Shown piece after piece: positions 1-5,404 of a stretch of 5,824 bases of DNA. Position numbers and translations under genes: made by a program. Position 1 is the first letter of the stretch. Each line of letters begins with the position of its first letter. This stretch comes from a virus. The notes under the pieces were generated by a model, which made no database searches, was not told the DNA's origin, and worked only from the letters and a program-made list of their open reading frames with translations. The DNA lies in IMG/VR virus record IMGVR_UViG_3300044275_000090, positions 1-5,824 of that record. One strand, 5' to 3'.

Positions 1-127
1 CTCCTGCTAGTGGTGTCGCTAAAGTTCTTGCTCGTGGTGGTGCAGGTTATGCTTTGTCTGTTGCAGTTGAACAGTTACTTGGTGCTGTAGATTGGGTTCT
101 AGATCCTGCTAATAATCAGATTAAGTA
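1..127. repeat. Left copy of an exact 127-nt direct terminal repeat (circular-closure overlap)
   Basis: Bases 1-127 match 5698-5824 at every position in a base-by-base comparison (offset 5697). The repeat lies inside a single reading frame that stays open across the junction. Confidence 0.95.
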
Positions 128-1145
128 TTGGGAAACAGATGCTGCTTTGCCCCCTAACACTTGTTCTGCCCCTTATACGCTTAAATATGGTTCTCAAACT
201 TTAACTACTTCACAAGTCATATCAAAAATTAAAGCCGATATTGAAATACGTAATCCTTCCAATTTTGCACAGGATTTTAACGGTGTTAAATCAATTTCTT
301 GTACTGGTTCGCAAGTTACTATTGTTGTCGGTGTAAAGTGGTGTTCAACTAATTGTGCACCCGGTATTGTTTATACTTATGGCGGTGGTGCTGGTGATCG
401 TGTTTCAACTTTCACTATTGTAGGTGAAGCCGAAAAAGAAGAACCTAAAACAATTCCCCTAGAAACTGTTGCCCAACAGGTTATTTCTAATGCCGAATCA
501 GGCGATACAAATGCTCAAGTTGCAACAACTGCAGCTGCTGCTGATATTGTTGCAGAAGCTGAAAAAGATGATGCTAAAGCTCGTCCTATTGCTCAACAAT
601 TAGAATCTTCCGCACAAACTAAGCCTGCCGACGAAGCTGCTGCTGAAAAAGCAAATGAAGCTCAAGGACAATCAAAGCCAAATACTCAAAATCCCGAAGC
701 AATGGATTTGTCTTTAGAATTTCCTGTTTTTTGTGGTTGGGCGCCTTTAGTTTGTGAAGCTGCTCAAGTTGTTATCTCTTTTCCTCAAACAATTACAAAT
801 TGGTGGGAAACAGGAAAATCAAAAGCTGAAGAATGGGCTACATCAATTTCCGAAGCTTGGACAAAAGTAAAAGAAGAATATGCTGATAAACCTGAAGAAA
901 ACACTGATACAGAATTAGATATTCCTGATCTGTCAGATGAATCCATTGATAGTGATATTTCTTTTGGTGGTTCTTGTCCTGCTCCTCTCTCCAGTGACAT
1001 AAATTTTATGGGTCTAAACAAAACTATTGAGTTTTCTTTCGACCCTGTTTGTCAGATTGCTGAATTTATTAAGCCTGTTGTTATTTCTATTTCTGCTTTT
1101 TCTGCTGCCTTAATTGTTGCAGGTATTAGAACGGAGGATGATTAA
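1..1145 (+). CDS. pIII-like adsorption/minor coat protein, 3' part (joined gene 5490..5697+1..1145 = 1353 nt, 450 aa)
   Basis: The frame is open from base 3 to the TAA at 1143-1145. The TTG start at 54 in the track is an artefact of linearisation. The architecture is pIII-like: a Cys-rich N-terminal region with Gly-rich stretches (GGWTLGGG, YGGGAGD), an Ala/Glu/Gln-rich low-complexity linker (about 500-700), and a Cys-containing C-terminal domain ending in a hydrophobic anchor (IKPVVISISAFSAALIVAGI) plus a short charged tail (RTEDD). It sits between the coat gene and the pVI-like gene. Confidence 0.8.
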   Translation, partial: PASGVAKVLARGGAGYALSVAVEQLLGAVDWVLDPANNQIKYWETDAALPPNTCSAPYTLKYGSQTLTTSQVISKIKADIEIRNPSNFAQDFNGVKSISCTGSQVTIVVGVKWCSTNCAPGIVYTYGGGAGDRVSTFTIVGEAEKEEPKTIPLETVAQQVISNAESGDTNAQVATTAAAADIVAEAEKDDAKARPIAQQLESSAQTKPADEAAAEKANEAQGQSKPNTQNPEAMDLSLEFPVFCGWAPLVCEAAQVVISFPQTITNWWETGKSKAEEWATSISEAWTKVKEEYADKPEENTDTELDIPDLSDESIDSDISFGGSCPAPLSSDINFMGLNKTIEFSFDPVCQIAEFIKPVVISISAFSAALIVAGIRTEDD

Positions 1146-1147
1146 AA

Positions 1148-1426
1148 ATGTGGTCTAAGCTTTCCGATCTGTTCACATCACTACAGAAAGGCACATTAAA
1201 AAACGTTCTTACTGGTGCAGGTCTTATGTTGGGTAGTAATGCCATTTTTCTTACTGCCTTTTCTGCTGCCGTTAATGTCTTAAAAAATTCTGTTGGCTCT
1301 GTTTCTGCCGATGTTCTTGGACTTGCTCATTTAGCAGGTTTTGACATTGCAATGTCTTTAATTCTTGGCGCTATCGTCACACGTTTAACCCTAAATTCGC
1401 AAAAGCTAATGTTGAAAAAAGCATAG
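1148..1426 (+). CDS. pVI-like minor coat / virion-cap membrane protein (92 aa; resembles the DUF2523 type found next to zot in many inoviruses)
   Basis: GGAGG at 1133-1137 and an ATG 2 nt after the upstream stop suggest translational coupling. The protein is small with two or three hydrophobic segments (GAGLMLGSNAIFLTAFSAAV; LGLAHLAGFDIAMSLILGAIV). Its position between the pIII-like and pI/Zot-like genes is the canonical gVI slot. The family assignment comes from memory of the sequence pattern, not from a search. Confidence 0.65.
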   Translation: MWSKLSDLFTSLQKGTLKNVLTGAGLMLGSNAIFLTAFSAAVNVLKNSVGSVSADVLGLAHLAGFDIAMSLILGAIVTRLTLNSQKLMLKKA

Positions 1427-1494
1427 CGACCAAAAGACATCCGCATCCGTCATCCCGTCGGCTCGCGCGGGTGCGGTGCGGTGTCTATGGTCGC
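1426..1494 (+). other. GC-rich imperfect hairpin with periodic single-T bulges; candidate packaging signal, complementary-strand origin or mRNA attenuator
   Basis: GCGACCA (1426-1432) pairs with TGGTCGC (1488-1494). The inner stem segments AGACA/CCGCA/CCG/CA/CCCG/CG pair with the 3' arm, giving about 28 bp in total. Unpaired T residues sit at 1440, 1446, 1450, 1453 and 1458, all on the 5' arm, and the loop is 1461-1465. By my count 46 of 69 bases are G+C, in an otherwise AT-rich genome. Confidence 0.6.
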
Positions 1495-1510
1495 AAAAGG
1501 AGAATAAATA

Positions 1511-2920
1511 ATGTTGCATTTGATTACTGGTACACCTGGTGCAGGAAAAACCCTTTATGCCGTTTCACTCATTGTTAAATATGAAGATGCTAACGAACGT
1601 GCTTTGATTTATAACGCTGCTGCGCTTAAACATAATAAAGAATTAATCGAGAAACATAATCTTGCTGACTATTTTGCTTCGTACTCTTACTTTAGTAAAA
1701 AGACTAAGGAACAAGAAACCGTTTTATTTGAGCCTGATCATTTTGATTATCTCAATGATCAATTACGTACTGAAAACATATTTTTAGACATTCAGTTTTA
1801 TAACGGTATTTGTAAGATTATTAAAAATGATCTTGATCTTGATCTTAAAACCCTCAAAGACGTTCGCCATATCTACGCCAATATCGACGGTTTAAAAGTT
1901 CCTAATGTTCGACCTATTGAAATTGATTGGCGCAAATGTCCTGATGGTTCAATTATTTTCTATGATGAAATTCAGCTCATCTATGAATATTCAACCGACA
2001 ATAAACAAGACAAAGAAAATATTGTTAAAGAATTAACTATTCACCGACATAGAGCATTTGATATTTATGGAATTACTCAATTTCCTTCACTGGTCCATAC
2101 CAATTATAGGGCTGTTGTTGGGTTACATTATCACTTGCATCGTGGGTGGGGTGCGCCTTCTGCCACCGTTTACGTTTGGGCAAACTGTCGAGATAAGCCT
2201 AATAGCTTGGGGAACAAGCTTACTGCTGAACGTGATTTTCGATTTAACTATCCTAAACGATTGTATCAATACTACGAGTCTGCAACAGCCAACACAGTTA
2301 AGCTGCGTGTACCTCTTAAATTATTCGCAATCCTTATTATTCCATTACTCGGATTATTTATGGTTGGTAATATGCTCTTTGGCGGTGGTAATAATTTCTT
2401 GGGTACAATCTTTGGCTCTAAAGAAAAAACAGAACAGGTAACAAAAAATGAAACTACTTCTAATCCATCCGTTAATAATTCTAGCTCTAATCTTTCTCCT
2501 TCCAGTGATCAAAAGGCTATGGATTTATCGTTAGAATGTCGAAAGGCAGTTAATTTAGAAAAGCCTGAATGTATTAAATGGTTTGATGATCTTTCTAAAA
2601 ATGGTTCTTCCGTTACTTCTACTGGTCAAGTTGTTCAAACTGTTTCTTATAATCCCAACAAGCCTTATGATTTTGAATATCAGCCACAAGTACAACCAAC
2701 AGATTTCCCCCGCATGTCAGGTGTGATTAAGCTCTCCAGTGGCAAACTTGTTGCCATTGATCAGCAGGGCAACTATATGACAGGTATTTCACAACAAGAT
2801 TGTCTAAGATGGTTAGATGGTTATCGTCCTTTTAATTATTTTGCTTCATCACCACAGCAACAGAGGGAGCGGAGTGCTCCCGAACAATCACAATTGAATC
2901 CTGAAACTTCTTCTCTCTGA
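1511..2920 (+). CDS. zot: Zot / pI-family filamentous-phage assembly ATPase (469 aa)
   Basis: AAGGAG at 1498-1503 lies 7 nt before the ATG. Walker A is GTPGAGKT (1529-1552) and Walker B is IIFYDEIQ. The Zot-typical block HRHRAFDIYGITQ is present. A single TM segment (LKLFAILIIPLLGLFMVGNMLF, about aa 269-290) is followed by a Ser/Asn-rich linker and a periplasmic C-terminal domain. It lies directly downstream of the pVI-like gene. Confidence 0.9.
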   Translation: MLHLITGTPGAGKTLYAVSLIVKYEDANERALIYNAAALKHNKELIEKHNLADYFASYSYFSKKTKEQETVLFEPDHFDYLNDQLRTENIFLDIQFYNGICKIIKNDLDLDLKTLKDVRHIYANIDGLKVPNVRPIEIDWRKCPDGSIIFYDEIQLIYEYSTDNKQDKENIVKELTIHRHRAFDIYGITQFPSLVHTNYRAVVGLHYHLHRGWGAPSATVYVWANCRDKPNSLGNKLTAERDFRFNYPKRLYQYYESATANTVKLRVPLKLFAILIIPLLGLFMVGNMLFGGGNNFLGTIFGSKEKTEQVTKNETTSNPSVNNSSSNLSPSSDQKAMDLSLECRKAVNLEKPECIKWFDDLSKNGSSVTSTGQVVQTVSYNPNKPYDFEYQPQVQPTDFPRMSGVIKLSSGKLVAIDQQGNYMTGISQQDCLRWLDGYRPFNYFASSPQQQRERSAPEQSQLNPETSSL

Positions 2921-2944
2921 TTACAAGCTCCCTTATGATCTCAA

Positions 2945-2967
2945 GCGGGATTTACAGAGCGTCCCGC
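2945..2967 (+). other. GC-rich stem-loop in the large intergenic region (origin or recombination-site candidate)
   Basis: GCGGGA (2945-2950) and TCCCGC (2962-2967) flank an 11-nt loop. A further GC-rich stretch GGGCGCG follows. It stands out compositionally in AT-rich non-coding DNA. Confidence 0.4.
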
Positions 2968-2988
2968 ATGGGCGCGAACTGAGGGAAT

Positions 2989-3078
2989 ATGGATTTTATT
3001 AAATGGTGCCTTAAATTTTTCATTATGCTGTTAGTTTTTGGCTTTCTTATTAGATTTTTTTACAGCTTTGTTTTATAG
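2989..3078 (+). CDS. Hypothetical 29-aa hydrophobic mini-protein (pVII/pIX-size candidate), absent from the ORF track
   Basis: The ATG at 2989 runs to the TAG at 3076-3078 and encodes MDFIKWCLKFFIMLLVFGFLIRFFYSFVL. GAGGGA lies just upstream at short spacing. The initiation context GGGAATATGGA resembles that of the other mini-ORF at 5443 (GGGATATATGGA). Caveat: a T-rich strand readily gives hydrophobic ORFs by chance. Confidence 0.35.
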   Translation: MDFIKWCLKFFIMLLVFGFLIRFFYSFVL

Positions 3079-3084
3079 TTAATC

Positions 3085-3112
3085 AAAATGTTTACATGAC
3101 AACAAACATTTT
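3085..3112. promoter_or_regulatory. Inverted repeat holding a 14/16 copy of the 4600-4615 operator palindrome, upstream of rep
   Basis: AAAATGTTT (3085-3093) and AAACATTTT (3104-3112) are exact reverse complements around a 10-nt loop. TGTTTACATGACAACA (3089-3104) differs at 2 of 16 positions from TGTTGTCATGACAACA (4600-4615). Confidence 0.5.
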
Positions 3113-3120
3113 TAAGGACG

Positions 3121-3152
3121 AAAAAAAACCTGAACGGCAATTCAGGCTTTTT
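3121..3152 (+). terminator. Weak bidirectional-looking intrinsic terminator or attenuator between the structural operon and rep
   Basis: The element reads A8 (3121-3128), CCTGAA (3129-3134), a 6-nt loop, TTCAGG (3141-3146), C, then T5 (3148-3152). The stem is only 6 bp, so strength is doubtful. Confidence 0.35.
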
Positions 3153-3190
3153 CGGTGAATTTGTGCTTGCGACACTGGATATATTAAACA

Positions 3191-4360
3191 ATGGATTCCT
3201 CTTTAAGTCAAATCAATACCCCAAAAATCGACGCCCTTGGTATATTTACGAAATCTCAGTCCACGCCCGAAAACAAAGGCTTTCAGAGGGTTCATGATTT
3301 TTTATTACAAGATCAATCAGCAAAGCTTTTGCCCCTTGAAAGAGTCACTAATTGTTTAAAAAGACGCATTGATAAATCTAAAGGTCGTTTCGTTAAATAC
3401 AATGAAGAAAGATGTAAAGCTCACTGGAGTAATGTTCAACGATGCGGTTCTATTTGGACTTGCCCTGTCTGTGCTAAACAAATTACTGAAAAACGTCGTG
3501 AAGAATTAAAGCAAGGTGTTAAAACTTGGAAAGATCGTTTTCAGGGTGGAATTCTTCTTTTAACTCTTACAAATAGTCATTCTGCTAGTCATTCTCTCCG
3601 TTCTCTTATTGCAGGACAAAAAAAGGCCTTAGGCTATTTCTTTGGTGATCGGAAAGGTAAGTTTCTTTTAGATGATTGTCTAGGTCGTGAATATCAAGTA
3701 CGTGCTTTTGAAGTTACTCACGGTAAAAATGGTTGGCATCCTCATTATCATATTTTGATTTTTACAAATGGTCAGCCTGTTGAAAATTTCTTTGAATTAA
3801 AACAATCCCTTTCTAAACACTGGATTAACTGCTGTCAAAAAGCAAATCTCCCCCTTCCATCCCTTCAACATGGTTTAGATATTCGTGATGGTTCTTATGC
3901 TGAACAATATGTCTCTAAATGGGGTGTTGAAAGTGAATTAACAAAAGGTCATATCAAAAAAGGTCGTGAAGGTGGTTTAACTCCTTTCGATCTGCTTCAA
4001 TCTTCTATGCTTGAACATGAATTATCTGAACAACATGGAAAGCTTTATCAGGAATTTGGTGTTGCTTTTAAAGGTGCTCGTCAATTGGTTTGGTCACGTG
4101 GTCTTAAAAAGCTTTTAGAAATTGAAGAAAAAACAGATGAAGAACTAGCAGAAGAAACAGAAAACATGGGTATTACTTTAGAAGAAGTACCACAATTAAT
4201 TTTTTCATTGTTATGTAAATATCAAAAACGTCATACATATTTAACTGCACTGGAGAATGATTACAGCTCAGGGAACTACGGCACAATCACCAGTGAAGCC
4301 TATTTATTAATAGAGGATTTAGCAAAAAGAGAAATTGCTTTTATTGAATCACACTATTAA
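3191..4360 (+). CDS. Rolling-circle replication initiator, HUH endonuclease of the pC194/pUB110 (Rep_1-like) type (389 aa)
   Basis: The motif order matches pC194-family Rep proteins as I recall them. The motifs are CGSIWTCPVCAKQITEKRR (compare RFCPVCAWRKARK), ILLLTLTNSH (compare FIFLTLTTPN), the HUH motif WHPHYHILIF (3737-3763; compare NPHFHVLIAV), the Tyr motif AEQYVSKWG (compare EMAKYSGKD) and RQLVWSRGLKK (compare RLLVYSGLFKE). Confidence 0.85.
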   Translation: MDSSLSQINTPKIDALGIFTKSQSTPENKGFQRVHDFLLQDQSAKLLPLERVTNCLKRRIDKSKGRFVKYNEERCKAHWSNVQRCGSIWTCPVCAKQITEKRREELKQGVKTWKDRFQGGILLLTLTNSHSASHSLRSLIAGQKKALGYFFGDRKGKFLLDDCLGREYQVRAFEVTHGKNGWHPHYHILIFTNGQPVENFFELKQSLSKHWINCCQKANLPLPSLQHGLDIRDGSYAEQYVSKWGVESELTKGHIKKGREGGLTPFDLLQSSMLEHELSEQHGKLYQEFGVAFKGARQLVWSRGLKKLLEIEEKTDEELAEETENMGITLEEVPQLIFSLLCKYQKRHTYLTALENDYSSGNYGTITSEAYLLIEDLAKREIAFIESHY

Positions 4361-4531
4361 TTCTCCTTTCTCAACTTTGCATTTTTCCAAAGCTTTTATT
4401 AGTACGTCGTGAAGGATTTCACTATCTTTCATGACGTTCTTTCCTAGGTCTAAACGTTGCCTATTTAGTTCTTCGCTTATCTTTTTTAGAAGCTCATCTT
4501 CTATCTTCTTTACTCGTAAATACGCCATCAT
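4349..4531 (-). CDS. Small transcriptional regulator, ribbon-helix-helix (Arc/CopG-like) candidate (60 aa)
   Basis: This is the only credible - strand gene. It is transcribed divergently from the structural operon, out of the operator-rich region. The pattern is a beta-strand-like N-terminus (AYLRVKKI), helix A (EDELLKKISEELNRQRL), a G-containing turn (DLGKNVMKDSE) and helix B (ILHDVLIKALEK). This resembles Arc (ENGRSVNSEIYQRVMESF). The fold call is by eye only. Confidence 0.55.
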   Translation of the reverse strand: MMAYLRVKKIEDELLKKISEELNRQRLDLGKNVMKDSEILHDVLIKALEKCKVEKGELIV

Positions 4532-4568
4532 TTTGAAATCTCTTAAAAAAAACTCAGTTTTTTAGTGT

Positions 4569-4619
4569 AATTTATTGTTGTCATTTCGTCTTGACAACTT
4601 GTTGTCATGACAACATAAT
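4569..4619. promoter_or_regulatory. Divergent sigma70-type promoters with overlapping -35 boxes and four operator half-sites
   Basis: The + promoter is TTGACA (4591-4596), a 17-nt spacer, then CATAAT (4614-4619). The - promoter is TTGTCA (complement of 4592-4597), a 17-nt spacer, then TAAATT (complement of 4569-4574). TGTTGTCA half-sites lie at 4576-4583 and 4600-4607. TGACAAC(A) half-sites lie at 4592-4598 and 4608-4615. Positions 4600-4615 form a perfect 16-bp palindrome filling the + promoter spacer, and 4576-4583 sits in the - promoter spacer. Confidence 0.65.
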
Positions 4620-4665
4620 ATTTCGTACAAACTTTGTGATAACAGACAAACAGAAGGGTAAAGAA

Positions 4666-4908
4666 ATGGACGGAATTAAAGTTTTAGTAGAAGGCGTTAA
4701 ATTAAATACATTCACATCAAAAAAAGGTAATGACCTCTTTACTTTTGAAGTTGTCGAGCCTGTAACTAAGTTTGTTGCATATACAAACAATTCTGAAAAA
4801 GGTCAGTTGGCTGATCTTGCGGAAAGTGGTGAATTTGTCGATTTACAACTGATTCTAAAAGGTGATCGTTTGTATTTTGCTAATGCTCAAATTTCTAATG
4901 CTCAGTAA
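4666..4908 (+). CDS. pV-like ssDNA-binding protein (80 aa)
   Basis: The ATG at 4666 is preceded by AGAAGGG 7-8 nt upstream. The tracked TTG start at 4591 coincides with the promoter -35 box and is rejected. The size (80 aa) and the slot (first gene of the structural operon, before the coat genes) fit gene V. The N-terminus MDGIKVLVEGVKLNTFTSKKGNDLF resembles M13 gVp MIKVEIKPSQAQFTTRSGVSRQGKPY. Confidence 0.6.
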   Translation: MDGIKVLVEGVKLNTFTSKKGNDLFTFEVVEPVTKFVAYTNNSEKGQLADLAESGEFVDLQLILKGDRLYFANAQISNAQ

Positions 4909-4929
4909 TTTTTACTGAGCGTTTTTTTT
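4900..4929 (+). terminator. Rho-independent terminator/attenuator overlapping the ssb stop codon
   Basis: GCTCAGTAA (4900-4908) and TTACTGAGC (4912-4920) are perfect 9-nt complements around TTT. They are followed by G and then T8 (4922-4929). Confidence 0.7.
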
Positions 4930-4941
4930 GGATTTTAAAAA

Positions 4942-5130
4942 ATGGCAAAGGTCTGTGAAATCGTTAATGAACTTACAAACCAATGCGATCTATGGATTGA
5001 TCAAGTTTCTTTGATTGATCAAATGGCAATAACAAAAGCGCAAATGATTATGTTGGGGACTCCCATTATTGGGATTTATGGCTTGATCATCGCTTTTGCT
5101 CTTTTCAATAACTTTTCCAAGAGGGCTTAA
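4942..5130 (+). CDS. Small membrane protein (62 aa) in the gVII/gIX slot; possible minor coat or assembly protein
   Basis: The ORF lies between the ssb-like and major coat genes. It has a C-terminal TM segment (MLGTPIIGIYGLIIAFALF) followed by the basic tail NNFSKRA. No clear Shine-Dalgarno element is present. An internal ATG (M28) would give a 35-aa product of pVII/pIX size. Confidence 0.5.
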   Translation: MAKVCEIVNELTNQCDLWIDQVSLIDQMAITKAQMIMLGTPIIGIYGLIIAFALFNNFSKRA

Positions 5131-5132
5131 TC

Positions 5133-5396
5133 ATGGAAAACAATCAAACTGCAATTGAGTTGCAAAAAAAACCTACTTTTGTTTCTCGCGTTAAAGATGC
5201 TGCATTTGTAGGTGCTGTTACTGGTTCTGCATTGATGCTTACTTCAGGTGCTAATGCTGCTGCTTCTTTGGACTTCACAGGTGCAACAGAAGAATTAACA
5301 GGCGTACAAACTGCCGTTGTTGGCATTATCGGTACTCTTGTTGTCTTGATCGGTATCGGCATTGCTTGGTCATACTTCAAACGTACAGCCAAGTAA
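5133..5396 (+). CDS. pVIII-like major coat protein precursor (87 aa; predicted 45-aa mature protein)
   Basis: GAGGG at 5121-5125 lies 7 nt before the ATG. The leader ends in the signal-peptidase motif SGANA/AAS. The mature part AASLDFTGATEELTGVQTAVVGIIGTLVVLIGIGIAWSYFKRTAK has the classic layout: an acidic N-terminus (D, E, E), a hydrophobic helix and a basic C-terminus (K, R, K). A strong terminator follows immediately. Confidence 0.85.
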   Translation: MENNQTAIELQKKPTFVSRVKDAAFVGAVTGSALMLTSGANAAASLDFTGATEELTGVQTAVVGIIGTLVVLIGIGIAWSYFKRTAK

Positions 5397-5404
5397 TTGG
5401 TATT

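Noticed and set aside
785-1021. A 78-aa - strand ORF runs antisense to the pIII-like gene.
   Set aside because: It lies antisense within a well-supported gene and has no promoter or RBS signal. Its Ser-rich, low-complexity translation mirrors the sense-strand composition.
1829-1846. A (GATCTT)x3 tandem hexamer repeat carries three GATC sites inside zot and encodes DLDLDL.
   Set aside because: It is short and in-frame, with no sign of being more than coding low complexity. At most it is a minor slippage or Dam-methylation site.
2300-2400. I looked for an internal in-frame restart in zot that would give a pXI-like protein, as in Ff gene I.
   Set aside because: The only in-frame Met codons near the TM segment lie inside it (FMVGNM), and neither has an RBS. 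I cannot support an internal start from sequence alone.
2058-2441. A 127-aa + strand ORF (TTG start) lies in an alternative frame inside zot and has a hydrophobic translation.
   Set aside because: It is fully embedded in the best-supported region of the Zot ATPase and TM domain, and it has no ribosome-binding site. T-rich strands give hydrophobic off-frame ORFs by composition alone.
4591-4665. The ORF track extends the ssb ORF upstream to a TTG at 4591 (MTTCCHDNIIF...).
   Set aside because: That TTG is the first half of the TTGACA -35 hexamer, and the extension covers the operator palindrome and the -10 box. The ATG at 4666 has a Shine-Dalgarno-like AGAAGGG and gives a gene V-sized product.
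4605-4790. A 61-aa - strand ORF runs antisense to the ssb-like gene and its promoter.
   Set aside because: It overlaps the + promoter and operator and the ssb coding region. No start context or recognisable protein features support it.
5034-5060. AGCGCAAATGATTATGTTGGGG contains GCGCA and TTATGTT, which recall the two arms of dif.
   Set aside because: The spacing between the arms is about 4 nt too short for an XerC/XerD site, the XerD arm lacks the AAAT end, and the sequence lies inside a coding region.
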